Source: Verrucomicrobiales bacterium (GTDB lineage: Bacteria; Verrucomicrobiota; Verrucomicrobiia; Verrucomicrobiales; SLCJ01). Taken from it: a stretch of DNA of 23,760 nucleotides. Below the pieces are notes generated by a model that was not told where the DNA came from, ran no database searches, and saw nothing but the letters and a program-made list of their open reading frames with translations. Below, piece after piece: positions 7,564 to 17,296 of this stretch. The stretch spans positions 1-23,760 of the forward strand of contig JBJTQJ010000034.1 of NCBI GenBank assembly GCA_046075565.1. Reading direction: 5' to 3'. The position numbers and the translations under genes were made by a program. How positions within the stretch are numbered: position 1 is the stretch's first letter; the number at the start of each line of letters is the position of its first letter.

Positions 7564-9383
7564 ATGACAGACGCAAGAGAGCCAATCGGCACGGGGGCCG
7601 CAATGGGACCCGCCGAATCGGTTCTCGATTTGCGCCAGCGCCTCTGGCAGGTGCTCCGCCGGGCCGCCGACGAGGGCGCACGGGTCGGGCTCGAGGAGGA
7701 AAAATAAAACGGCCTCCTTCGGCTGGCTGAAGCGGCGAGGGAACCATTCCTCCTCGTGATCGCCGGCGAAGTGAACAGCGGCAAGAGCACGTTCGTGAAC
7801 GCTTTTTTCCGCGAGGAGGTCACACTCTCGGATGTGTTGCCGACCACGGAGACGGTTCTTTGGTTCCGCCACGGCGAGCCGGCCGATGAACCATGGCGGG
7901 ATGATGTGATTATCCGGCGGAGGCCCACGCCCTTCCTGCGCGACTTCCATGTCGTGGATACACCTGGAACCAATTCGATCGTGAGTGGGCATGACGCGAC
8001 GACCGAGCGTTTCCTACCGATGGCGGATCTGGTCGTGCTGGTCCTTCCGATCACCAATCCTTGGTCCGCTTCCGCGTGGGACTTTCTCGATCGACTCCGC
8101 CGCCAATGGCGCAAGCGAGTCGTCATCGTTCTGCAGCAGGCGGACTTGCTGGACGCCGAGGCGGTCGCCACGGTCTGTGGTCGTGTGCGCGGGCGTCTGC
8201 ATGCCAGACATGGTGAAGTCTTGCCATTGTTTCCGGTCTCGGCGAAGCTCGCCTTGCGCGCGCATGGTACGGCCAGCACTGAAGAGAAACGCGCGTTGTG
8301 GGAAAGCAGCGGATTTTCATCGGTGGAAACCTATCTGCGCGAGAGGGTCGGTCGATATGAATCGCGCCTGCTCAAGATGCGCAACACGGTCGAGGCGGGG
8401 CTGAGCATCATCCGCCAGGCTTCCGCCCAATCGCCCATCGAGGAAGTGGTAAATCCGAGAACGGACACCGTGTCCACGGAGGTCGATGCGGAAGAGAAAC
8501 TGGTGCAGGAAATCGACGAGCGAATCGACAGCGAGGAACGGTACGCCCTCGCCGTCGTGCCCACCGTGGTGGAGCCGCTTGTGCAACGCTGGCGCGAATT
8601 GGAAATTTTGCTACCCAGCCAGATCGAGGAACGCTTGGGAATCTTCGCCACCATCGGCGCGGTCTTGACGGGAGAGCGAACGCCCCGGCGTGTCGGGCGC
8701 CATCTCCGTGGCAGCGTGGGCGAGGCCGGTGAAAACTGCCATGCGAGCCTGCTCGCAACGCTGCGTGATGGGGGGAACGGGCGTGGGAGTCGCTGCGCTC
8801 CCATCTCGCGAATGCCTATGATTTTCCACTCCGGCTCGACACCCCGACCGGGCGACCTGATTTCGCAGAATGGGCCGCGGTCGCCACGGTTGATGTGCCC
8901 GGTCGCATTGCCGAGGCCGTGTCTGATTGCCAAATCGAGTTTTCTCTGGCCCGTCGGCTCTCCACCCGAGTCGCCATTCTGCGGGGTTTGCTCCTGTTGA
9001 TTTCCGCGCTTGCTGCCGCGGGCTGGTGGGCATGGGAATCTTCCTTGCCGATGCCATCCGTTATTGCCGCTGCCGTCGCGGTTCTTTCCGCTTTGCTTGT
9101 TGCTGCCGGAGTCGCCCAACAAGGCGAGGCGGCGACCATTGAGGAAAGTGGACGAGAATTGGAAAGCCATCGTACCCGGATCGCCGAAAGCGCGACCTCT
9201 GCCGCGGAGCTGGCCACGCGCGAATTATTCCGGCGGATGGGACGGGTTTTTGATCCGGTGCGGAAAATCCATCTCGGCGGTCCGGACGCGACGGGCGCAC
9301 CTTTGGGGGCCATCCGCCGGGAACTGGAATCCATCGGCATGACCATCGACGAGTGGACTGCCCTCGAAAACCACACGAATTAG
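7564..9383 (+). pseudogene. Bacterial dynamin-like GTPase with C-terminal TM hairpin, interrupted by an in-frame TAA and a 1-nt frameshift
   Basis: G1 GEVNSGKS, G2 LPTT, G3 DTPG, G4-like QQAD. ATG 7564 is in frame with the GTPase but has TAA at 7705-7707. The C-terminal frame (ERAWESLRSHL.. to 9383, two hydrophobic helices) joins at G6 run 8770-8775. The repaired product would be about 606 aa. The lesions may be real or assembly errors. Confidence 0.8.
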
Positions 9384-9453
9384 GGGTTGTCAGGCTCTCA
9401 GGGCGGGGTTGATTAAGCACACTTCTGGCAGTCCCACCGCCTTTCACCTACTC

Positions 9454-10392
9454 ATGAGTTCTCCCGATGCTCCCGATTCGCGGCCCCGGTCCGCCGCTTC
9501 CTCATTCGGGCGGAGCGGACTCGGGCCTCGTTCTCTCAGCACGGTTTTGCTGTGGTCGCTTGTCGTGGGTTTCTTCCTTTGGGGTCACGCTTGGGGATTT
9601 GCCATCCTGGTTGGAGGGTTGACGCTGCTCGGCACATGGGAATTCCATCTCATCACGCGGCGAGCCGGATTTCTTCCCATGCCGAGGCTCGGGTTGGCCG
9701 GAGCCTTCATCTACACCGCCGTCCTCTACTATTTGTTGCTGCAGGGGCGTCAGGATCAAACCCACCTGCTCGATGGAATGGCGTTGGCTGCCTTCACTGG
9801 TCTCGCCTTTTTCCTGCATCTGCGTTTGCCCGTGGATGGCCAACGACCCATCGTCGCCTTGGCCGTGACCTTGCTCGGATTTGTCTATCTTGCCATCGGC
9901 ATGAACTTCACCGGTCGCGTGCTCTTTTTTGATTACCCCGGCGAAGGCAAACCGGCTGGAGCATGGCTGGCTTTGTGGCTCGTTGCCGTCACAAAATTCA
10001 CCGACATGGGGGCGTATCTTGTCGGCACGGCCATTGGAAAGAAGAAACTCATCCCGCACATCAGCCCCGGGAAAACCCGCGAGGGATTGATTGGAGCTTT
10101 CGGTGCGTCGCAAGCCATCGGCTGTGGGCTCTACGCGTTGTTTCCCTCGCAACTCGCGCTGCTCGGTGATTGGAATCATGTGGTGATCCTCGGGTTCCTC
10201 ATCGCCTTCGCCGCCATCATCGGCGATCTCGCCGAGTCGCTCTTCAAACGCGGCCTCGCCACCAAGGACAGCGGCCACACCCTGCCCGGTATCGGCGGCG
10301 TGCTCGACCTGATCGACAGCCTGATCTTCACCGCACCGCTACTCTATTTTTACCTGCGCTGGTTGCATCACCCGCCCGTGTTCCACCCCTGA
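9454..10392 (+). CDS. cdsA: Phosphatidate cytidylyltransferase
   Basis: Polytopic membrane protein; TDMGAYLVG; ISPGKTREG; GDLAESLFKR..KDSG..LPGIGGVLDLIDS; adjacent to dxr. Start set to ATG 9454. Confidence 0.95.
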   Translation: MSSPDAPDSRPRSAASSFGRSGLGPRSLSTVLLWSLVVGFFLWGHAWGFAILVGGLTLLGTWEFHLITRRAGFLPMPRLGLAGAFIYTAVLYYLLLQGRQDQTHLLDGMALAAFTGLAFFLHLRLPVDGQRPIVALAVTLLGFVYLAIGMNFTGRVLFFDYPGEGKPAGAWLALWLVAVTKFTDMGAYLVGTAIGKKKLIPHISPGKTREGLIGAFGASQAIGCGLYALFPSQLALLGDWNHVVILGFLIAFAAIIGDLAESLFKRGLATKDSGHTLPGIGGVLDLIDSLIFTAPLLYFYLRWLHHPPVFHP

Positions 10393-10399
10393 TTCTTCC

Positions 10400-11548
10400 A
10401 TGGCCCGCCGCGTCGTTATCCTCGGAGCCACGGGTTCCATCGGAACCAGTGCTCTCAAAGTCGCCCGCGATATCCCCGATCGAATGGAAGTCGTCGGTGT
10501 GGCCGCCGGTAACAATGCCGATGCCCTCGTTGCCATCCTCAAGGAAACCGGTGTCAAAAACGCCGCCATGGGTGAGGAGGCCGCCGCCCAACGCTTGCGC
10601 GAACTCGCTCCCGCCGGAGTCAAGGTTGGTGCCGGTGAGGATGGTCTGGTCGAACTCGCCACTTTGCCCGAGGCCGACATGGTGCTTATCGCCATTGTTG
10701 GCACGGCCGGATTGCGACCGGCCCTGGCCGCGATTGAAGCGGGCAAGGATATTGCCGTCGCGAGCAAAGAAATCCTCGTCATGGCCGGCGAAACGATCAT
10801 GGAAGCGGCCCGCCGGAAAAACACGCGGGTGCTGCCCGTGGATAGCGAACACAACGCCATCTTCCAATGTATGGAAGGTGTGCCGGCATCGCAGGTCAGC
10901 CGGCTCATCCTAACCGCATCTGGTGGCCCGTTCCGCTCCTGGCCGATCGAGAAGATCCGCGCCGCCACCCCGGCGCAGGCGCTCAAACATCCCACGTGGG
11001 AAATGGGCCGCAAGATCACCATTGATTCCGCCACCTTGTTTAACAAAGGGCTCGAGATGATTGAGGCGCGGTGGCTCTTTGATATCCCCATGGACCGGGT
11101 GGATGTGATCATTCATCCGCAGAGCATCATCCATTCGATGGTGGAAACGGTCGATGGTTCGGTGCTCGCGCAGATGAGCGTGACCGACATGTGTTTTCCC
11201 ATCCAGTATGCCGTCACCTGGCCGGATCGCGTGCCCAACACGCTCAAGCCGCTTGATTTCGCCGCCCTCGGCAAACTCGAATTCGAAGCACCCCGCGAAC
11301 GCGACTTCCCCGCGCTCGCCTTGGCCCGCGAGGCCGGAACCACCGGCGGCACCCTGCCATCGGTGCTCAATGCCGCCAACGAGATCGCCGTCGCCGCTTT
11401 CCTCGACGGACGTTTGTCTTTCCCCGGTATTTGGGAAACCGTGGCCGCCGTCATGGCCCATCACGAAACGATGCATGATGGTGGGCTCGATGCCGCCGTC
11501 GCCGCCGATGCCTGGGCCCGCGAAGCCGCGGGTGCTTTGATTGGGTGA
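10400..11548 (+). CDS. dxr: 1-deoxy-D-xylulose-5-phosphate reductoisomerase
   Basis: LGATGSIG; ASKE; LPVDSEHNAIFQ; TASGGPFR; HPTWEMGRKITIDSATLFNKGLE; LNAANE. Confidence 0.98.
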   Translation: MARRVVILGATGSIGTSALKVARDIPDRMEVVGVAAGNNADALVAILKETGVKNAAMGEEAAAQRLRELAPAGVKVGAGEDGLVELATLPEADMVLIAIVGTAGLRPALAAIEAGKDIAVASKEILVMAGETIMEAARRKNTRVLPVDSEHNAIFQCMEGVPASQVSRLILTASGGPFRSWPIEKIRAATPAQALKHPTWEMGRKITIDSATLFNKGLEMIEARWLFDIPMDRVDVIIHPQSIIHSMVETVDGSVLAQMSVTDMCFPIQYAVTWPDRVPNTLKPLDFAALGKLEFEAPRERDFPALALAREAGTTGGTLPSVLNAANEIAVAAFLDGRLSFPGIWETVAAVMAHHETMHDGGLDAAVAADAWAREAAGALIG

Positions 11549-11569
11549 AATCCATTCGGGCCTTGGACC

Positions 11570-12634
11570 TTATGGCATCAGAAAATCCACGATCACCATG
11601 CGGTGGTCGGAATGTACACCCTTCACCGTGCCGTGGCGCACGGGCACGAGATCGGGCGAGAACCAGGCTTGATCGATGCGCTGGAGTGGAAAGCGGTTCG
11701 GGAAGGTGTTGCCGGGCCGCGATCCGGCGAGCTCGTAGCTGTCGCGCAAGCCGAAAGCCGGCAAGACCATCAGCCCGCTGTCGCGGGCGGGCGCGTTGAA
11801 GTCCCCGGCCACGATCACCGGTGCGGGCGGCAGCTTTTCCGTGATCGTCCGCATGGCCGAAAGAAGAAGATTGAGTTGGAAGCGTCGGTTGCGGCGGTTT
11901 TCCGCGTGATCCCGCCAGGTTTGCCGCGACCAGAAACTCCAGTTTCTTTCCGCCGGCAACAAATGGACATTCAGCAGATCCAGCGCGCGCCCGTCGGGCA
12001 AGGTCAACCGCCCGCAGGCGACCCACGGCACACCTCCGGGCAATGGGATCGGCCATTTGAACTCGAAAACTTGCAACGCTTTTCCCCGCGCGATGATGGC
12101 GCAGTCGGGGCGCATCACAAGCAACGCTTCGTTGCCGAACAACTCTCGGGCCAAGGGTTGCAAATCATGGGTCCATGGTGACTCCTGGAGGAAAACGATA
12201 TCGGGATTCCATGCTTTGACTTCGGCGGCGGCGGGAACCGATTGGCGGAAGGTATTGTAGGAAACGAGTCGCAAGGCGCGTTGCCCGTTGGTGGCATCAA
12301 CCATCGGACCAGTTTGCATCGGCGCGGGCCTGCCCCAATTTTTCCATGCCCGCAGTTCGTCGGACCAGAGAAAGGTCATTCCCCACAATGCGAGCACAAC
12401 CAGACCAGGGGTGGTGCGTTTCCATAGCAGAGACAGGCCGGCGACGAAGGCCCCGGTGGCGCACCAGATCGGAAAGGGAACGATAGTCACCATGGCCGCG
12501 CGATCCCAGCGGATGGCGAAGCAAAGCACGATCAACGCGTGCAGGGCGAGCGACACGGTGAGCACCATCAGCCAGCCATGGCGGCGGATGAAATCGCGGG
12601 TGACAGGCAGGCGCTGTTGCGAAGCTCCGCTCAA
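11570..12634 (-). CDS. Membrane-anchored endonuclease/exonuclease/phosphatase (EEP) family protein
   Basis: N-terminal TM helices; SYNT, DIVFLQE, NVHL, AGDFN, RIDQAW, SDH motifs. Start TTG 12634 overlaps the lpxA TGA (TTGA); the start is uncertain. Confidence 0.85.
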   Translation of the reverse strand: MSGASQQRLPVTRDFIRRHGWLMVLTVSLALHALIVLCFAIRWDRAAMVTIVPFPIWCATGAFVAGLSLLWKRTTPGLVVLALWGMTFLWSDELRAWKNWGRPAPMQTGPMVDATNGQRALRLVSYNTFRQSVPAAAEVKAWNPDIVFLQESPWTHDLQPLARELFGNEALLVMRPDCAIIARGKALQVFEFKWPIPLPGGVPWVACGRLTLPDGRALDLLNVHLLPAERNWSFWSRQTWRDHAENRRNRRFQLNLLLSAMRTITEKLPPAPVIVAGDFNAPARDSGLMVLPAFGLRDSYELAGSRPGNTFPNRFPLQRIDQAWFSPDLVPVRHGTVKGVHSDHRMVIVDFLMP

Positions 12635-13404
12635 CGGCAAACCCCCTTGCGGCTGGGTTCGCGGAAGAAGGCGAGGAATTGCCGCGCTTCGGCCGGCCAT
12701 TCCGGATCATCGGCAAGTCGGCCGATTTCCTCGGAAGGAAGCTTCGCCAGATAGACGAGATCGAAGGCTTTTTTCAGCATGGCGCGACCTGCCGAATTCA
12801 CTCTCGCGCGGCGAAGCCCGATCACGTTCAGTCCGGCGATCAAATTGATGCCATGGGCAACGACAAAGGGCGGCACATCCTGGCTCATGCCGGCGTTGCC
12901 CTGCACCATGACGCGATCGCCAATGCGGATAAACTGGTGGTAAACGGATCCGCCGCCCAGGAAAGCGTGGTTGCCGAGATGCACATGGCCGGCGAGCAGC
13001 ACGTTGTTCGCGATCACGTTCTCGTTTCCAATTGTCACGTCATGGGCGAGGTGGCTGCCGGCCATGAGGAAATTCTGATCCCCGATCATGGTATCCCGGC
13101 CTTCCTTCGAAGAGCGATGGATGGTCACGTATTCGCGGAAGGTGTTCCCTGTGCCAATGCGCACACCGCTGCGGACGGAAGAGTCGAAGGTCAGATCTTG
13201 CGGATCCGCCCCGATGATCGCGCCGTGGCCGATGGTGTTGGCATCGCCCATCACCACTTCGCCCTCGATGCAGGCGTGGGGAGCGATGCGGGTGTTGCGC
13301 CCGAGGCGGATGCTCCCCCTCAGCACGGCGTAAGGACCAATGTGAACCGAGCCATCATCCGGGTAGGTGATGGCTCCTTCGAGAATGGCGGTTTCGTGGA
13401 TCAT
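12631..13404 (-). CDS. lpxA: Acyl-ACP--UDP-N-acetylglucosamine acyltransferase (LpxA family, 257 aa)
   Basis: Starts MIHETAIL; hexapeptide repeats; PQDL, FREYVTIHR, HLAHD, LAGHV, HQF, QDVPPF, GLNVIGLRR. Confidence 0.93.
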   Translation of the reverse strand: MIHETAILEGAITYPDDGSVHIGPYAVLRGSIRLGRNTRIAPHACIEGEVVMGDANTIGHGAIIGADPQDLTFDSSVRSGVRIGTGNTFREYVTIHRSSKEGRDTMIGDQNFLMAGSHLAHDVTIGNENVIANNVLLAGHVHLGNHAFLGGGSVYHQFIRIGDRVMVQGNAGMSQDVPPFVVAHGINLIAGLNVIGLRRARVNSAGRAMLKKAFDLVYLAKLPSEEIGRLADDPEWPAEARQFLAFFREPSRKGVCR

Positions 13405-13417
13405 GGTGTGAGTGTGG

Positions 13418-14413
13418 TTAGACTTTTCGTTTGTAGTATTCCATGGCAGCGCCGGAGCAGGCCTCGGCTTTGGCGACCAGGGCATCCCGGGTCGCGGCAT
13501 CCATGGCCTTGAACTCACGGATGATACGCGTGTTCTCCATCACTTGCTCCGGGGTTTCGCAGCCGCTCACCAAAGCAGCCACCGGCAGCGAGCAGACATA
13601 GTGGAACATCTCCGCAAGCGTGACGCCGGCTTTTAGCAACGATGGCGGCGGGCCCTCCTTGCGCAGTGGCGCGGGCCCTTCGCCCAACAATCGTCCGAAG
13701 ACCAGCGTCTTCATGGCGAGGATGGCGTATCGGCGTTTCACGAGCACGGGCAGCACATTCAGGATGAAAGAATCGTAATGCGGATCCACGAGATTGATCG
13801 GCATCTGGCAGGTGTCGAGTTCGAGTCCGCGTTTTTCAAGTTCGGACAGCATGTGCAGGTGGGCTTCCTGGCTAACATGGCCGGTGAATCCGATGAAACG
13901 GGTCTTGCCGGCGGCCTTGGCCTCGAAGAAGGCATCGAAAATACCGCCATTGATACGCTCATCCACATCCTGGGGGCTGACGATGGCGTGGATTTGCCAC
14001 AGGTCCAGATGATCGGTTTTCATGGCCTTGAGCGAGGCCTCGAGATCGCGGTTGGCTTCCTCCTTCGTATTGCCGCCCGACTTGGTCATGAGAATGATTT
14101 GATCGCGGTGCTTCGGCACGAGGTATTTGCCATAGAGATCCTCCGCGCGGCCTCCCGTGTATTTGCGCGCGTTGTCGAAGAAGCGCACGCCTTGTTCGAT
14201 GGCCGTCCGGATCACCGCTTCGGCGGTGGGCTCATCGCGGGTTCTCGCCACGTGGTGGCCGCCCAGACAGAAGGTCGTCACGTTGATACCCGTGCGCCCG
14301 AGTGCCCGCACCGGGAAAGCACCGTCGGCCGATGGTGCGTCCGCCGCTTCGGCCATCGCGGGCAACGCGACCGTGGCCGATAGGGTTTTGAGGAAATCGC
14401 GGCGACTCGACAT
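13418..14413 (-). CDS. Tat-signal aldo/keto reductase
   Basis: SRRDFLK; RALGRTG; FFDNARKY (Asp/Tyr), MTK, DLWQIH (AKR catalytic tetrad); GKTRFIGFTGH. Confidence 0.9.
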   Translation of the reverse strand: MSSRRDFLKTLSATVALPAMAEAADAPSADGAFPVRALGRTGINVTTFCLGGHHVARTRDEPTAEAVIRTAIEQGVRFFDNARKYTGGRAEDLYGKYLVPKHRDQIILMTKSGGNTKEEANRDLEASLKAMKTDHLDLWQIHAIVSPQDVDERINGGIFDAFFEAKAAGKTRFIGFTGHVSQEAHLHMLSELEKRGLELDTCQMPINLVDPHYDSFILNVLPVLVKRRYAILAMKTLVFGRLLGEGPAPLRKEGPPPSLLKAGVTLAEMFHYVCSLPVAALVSGCETPEQVMENTRIIREFKAMDAATRDALVAKAEACSGAAMEYYKRKV

Positions 14414-14425
14414 GAGCTTGGTTTT

Positions 14426-15661
14426 TTAGGGATTGAGGAATTCATCCGGCTCCACGTCATCTTCCGGTGTATGCGTGTGTGGTAACTGGAACTGATGGGC
14501 GGCGGTGTGTTCGGCGTCGCGCATCACGCGGCGCAAGGGCACGCCGGTTGCTACGGAAGCGGCCCGGCAGTCCTCGTATTCCGCGGAAATTTTCGCCGTG
14601 CCATCTGGCAAGGTCGCCACTTTCACCCGGATCAAACCGTGGGGAGTGAGGATACACTGTATGACACGGGGCAACGAATCGCGTTCGAGTTCGAGCCGGC
14701 GGATGCCGAGTGTGGTAGTCTCGGTGAACAGGATGTTTTCCAGAGCGGCGACCTCGGAGGAACGCGCCAGCACCTCCACGCGCGTGCCCGGACGGTCCTT
14801 TTTCATCTGCGTGGCGGTCAATGTCACATCAAGGGCCCCGGCCGCGAGTAGCCGCCGCGAGACATGGCCTAACAACTCCGGAGTATCGCTATCGATGTTC
14901 GTCTCAAGTTGCACCAGCGGCTCGGTGATGTATCCCTTCGGCGCGGCGGGCGTTTCACCGATGACGAGGCGGAGAACGTTCGGAATGACCAGATCCCGTG
15001 TTCCCGCGCCGTAGCCGATGCCCGCGATGGTCATGGCGGGCAGGGGACCGAATCCATCGGCCAGTTCGACAAGCAAGGCCGCTCCGGTCGGGGTGACGAG
15101 TTCTTTTTCAATGGGACTGCCGGTCACCGGGCAGCCTTTGAGCAAGGCCAGCGTCGCCGGTGCGGGCAACGGAATGCGGCCATGTGCGCCGTTCACGAAT
15201 CCGCGGCCGAGCGGGAGAGGGGAAGAAATCACCGATTCGATGCCGAGTGCTTCCATGCCCGCGAGCGCGCCGCACACATCGACAATTGCATCGACCCCGC
15301 CGACCTCATGCAGATGCACTTCGTGAAGCGATGCCCGATGGATACCCGCTTCCGCCTCGCAGATGCGCGTGAAAACCCGGGCCGCGCGTTCTTTTACTTT
15401 CGGGGAGAGATCACTGCCCTCCACCACCGCAAGGATGTCGGCCAACCGACGTTCGGGCGCGGTGTCGGAAACACGCACATCAATCTTCGTGGCGGCGAAG
15501 CCATTTTTCAAAACCGCTTTCGCTTCGATGGAGAAATCCGTAATGTGGAGTTTTTCCAACTCCGCGCGCAGGGCTCCGATCGGCCATCCGGAATCCACCA
15601 GGGCTCCGAGGATCATGTCGCCGCTGGCACCGGCAATGCAATCGAAGTAGGCGGTCTTCAT
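14426..15661 (-). CDS. larC: Nickel pincer cofactor biosynthesis Ni insertase LarC (411 aa)
   Basis: Starts MKTAYFDCIAGASGDMILGAL; HLHEVGGVDAIVD; PAPAT; ELVTPTGAA; GYGAG; ETNIDS; MKKDRPG; ETTTLGIR; EYEDC. ATG overlaps the larB stop (ATGA). Confidence 0.96.
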   Translation of the reverse strand: MKTAYFDCIAGASGDMILGALVDSGWPIGALRAELEKLHITDFSIEAKAVLKNGFAATKIDVRVSDTAPERRLADILAVVEGSDLSPKVKERAARVFTRICEAEAGIHRASLHEVHLHEVGGVDAIVDVCGALAGMEALGIESVISSPLPLGRGFVNGAHGRIPLPAPATLALLKGCPVTGSPIEKELVTPTGAALLVELADGFGPLPAMTIAGIGYGAGTRDLVIPNVLRLVIGETPAAPKGYITEPLVQLETNIDSDTPELLGHVSRRLLAAGALDVTLTATQMKKDRPGTRVEVLARSSEVAALENILFTETTTLGIRRLELERDSLPRVIQCILTPHGLIRVKVATLPDGTAKISAEYEDCRAASVATGVPLRRVMRDAEHTAAHQFQLPHTHTPEDDVEPDEFLNP

Positions 15662-16419
15662 GATCGTGGAATCTTTTTCAGGATACGGTGGGCGAGGATG
15701 GCGGCCCCGTGGCCGTTGTCGATATTCACGACGGCGAGACCGGAGGCGCAGGAGGTCAACATCGCATGCAAAGCTGTCTTGCCTCCCTCCGCGCTTCCAT
15801 AGCCGACGCTCGTGGGAATGGCAATCACCGGGCAGGCCACAAGCCCGCCAATGACACTCGGCAAAGCTCCTTCCATGCCGGCGGCGGCGAGAATCACGTC
15901 GGCGGCGCGCAGGTCGACGAGGCGCGCTAACAAACGATGTAGTCCCGCCACGCCCGCGTCGTTGATGCGGAGCACGCGGTGACCGAGCCACGCAAGCGTG
16001 AGCGCGGCCTCGTCCGCGATCGGCAAGTCCGAGGTGCCCGCGCAGATGACCACGGCCAGCGGTCCATCGTTCGGAGCTTTGGGAAATTCGCCCAGCCAAA
16101 GCAATCGCGCCGAATCATCATAGCCAACCGCCGCATGCTGGGCGCGGACGGCAGATGCGGTTTCGGCGTTCACCCGCGTGGCGAGGGCGCGTCCGTGTTG
16201 GCGGTGCAACTCGACAAGAATATCGCCGATCTGCGCGGCAGTTTTCCCCGCCCCGTAGATGATTTCCGGGATCTCCTGGCGCAATTCGCGGTGGTGATCG
16301 ACGAGCGTGTGACCGAGGTCCTCGACCGGCCAGCGCGCCAGCTCTTCCATGGCCGTCTCGATGGACAAGCGTCCGTCGGCGATGGCCTGGAGGATTTGGC
16401 GGATGCGGGTTTCGGCCAT
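15658..16419 (-). CDS. larB: Nickel pincer cofactor biosynthesis carboxylase/hydrolase LarB (PurE-like)
   Basis: DHHRELR..PEIIYGAGK; AGTSDLPIADEA; DAGVAGLHRL; AGMEGALPSV; PTSVGYG; SCASGLAVVNIDNG. Confidence 0.96.
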   Translation of the reverse strand: MAETRIRQILQAIADGRLSIETAMEELARWPVEDLGHTLVDHHRELRQEIPEIIYGAGKTAAQIGDILVELHRQHGRALATRVNAETASAVRAQHAAVGYDDSARLLWLGEFPKAPNDGPLAVVICAGTSDLPIADEAALTLAWLGHRVLRINDAGVAGLHRLLARLVDLRAADVILAAAGMEGALPSVIGGLVACPVIAIPTSVGYGSAEGGKTALHAMLTSCASGLAVVNIDNGHGAAILAHRILKKIPRS

Positions 16420-16443
16420 TTAAAAAATGCGGTTTCGGTGAGA

Positions 16444-17289
16444 CTACGCACCGTTCGGGCCGGACTGTTCACGTTGCTGCGGGGCCAGTGCCGCATTGAG
16501 GCTGCCGGAGCGGAACCCTTCGAGGTCAAGGGAAACATAGAGGAAACCGGCGGCCTTGAGCACCTTGGCCATTTCGATCCGGCGGGCGAAAGCCAGATCC
16601 ATCTGGCTCGATTCGATTTCCACCCGCGCGACCTGATCGTGATGGCGCACGCGGCATTGGCGGAAACCGAGCGAACGCAAGGCAGTCTCCGCCGCTTCGA
16701 TCTGGGCGAGTTTGCGCGGCGTCACCTCCATGCCGAAGGGCACCCGCGAGGAAAGACAGGCGTTTGCCGGTTTGTCCCAGTTCGCGAGTCCAAGTTCCCG
16801 TGCCCATTCCCGAACATCCGCTTTGGTCAAGCCCGCCTCCTGCAACGGACTCAATACCCCATGCTCACGGGCGGCCCGGCGACCGGGGCGGTGATCGCCG
16901 GTATCATCGGCATTCGTTCCGTCCAACACTGCGGAAAATCCTTCCGCACTGGCCAGCGCGGTGAAAAGATCATAGGCCGTGTCCTTGCAGAAATAACAGC
17001 GGTCCGGACCATTTTTCTGGTATTCGGCTTTCTCCGTCTCCGCGCTTTGGATCAGGCGGTGTTCAATCCCGATGGCCGAGGCGAGCGCGCAAGCCTCCTC
17101 CAAATCGGCCTTGGCCAAACTGGGCGAAACTGCCGTCGCCGCGATGGCCTCGCTTCCCAAAATATCCCGGGCGACTTTTGCCACAAGAGTGCTGTCAATT
17201 CCTCCGGAAAAGGCCACCACCACCCGGCCCGCTTCGCGGATAATCTCCGCGCAACGCTCCCGTCGTGATGTTCTGGCCTCGGTTTCCAT
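16444..17289 (-). CDS. larE: Nickel pincer cofactor ATP-dependent sulfur transferase LarE (281 aa)
   Basis: PP-loop AFSGGIDS; RCYFCK; DGTNADD..DHRPG; SPL; ACLSSRVP; RVRHH; DLEGFRSGSLN. Start ATG 17289 supported by promoter spacing. Confidence 0.96.
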   Translation of the reverse strand: METEARTSRRERCAEIIREAGRVVVAFSGGIDSTLVAKVARDILGSEAIAATAVSPSLAKADLEEACALASAIGIEHRLIQSAETEKAEYQKNGPDRCYFCKDTAYDLFTALASAEGFSAVLDGTNADDTGDHRPGRRAAREHGVLSPLQEAGLTKADVREWARELGLANWDKPANACLSSRVPFGMEVTPRKLAQIEAAETALRSLGFRQCRVRHHDQVARVEIESSQMDLAFARRIEMAKVLKAAGFLYVSLDLEGFRSGSLNAALAPQQREQSGPNGA

Positions 17290-17296
17290 GCCCGCA

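Noticed and set aside
15662-16099. Arg-rich N-terminal extension of the 557-aa LarC ORF (likewise the extensions of LarE, LpxA, PEP-CTERM and CAP ORFs)
   Set aside because: They overlap neighbouring real genes in another frame; family-typical N-termini begin at the internal starts used above.
117-17268. Long opposite-strand ORFs in the track (e.g. 117-761, 4975-5802, 6912-8279, 12679-13512, 15979-17268)
   Set aside because: Antisense shadows of well-supported genes in GC-rich DNA, with no recognisable motifs.
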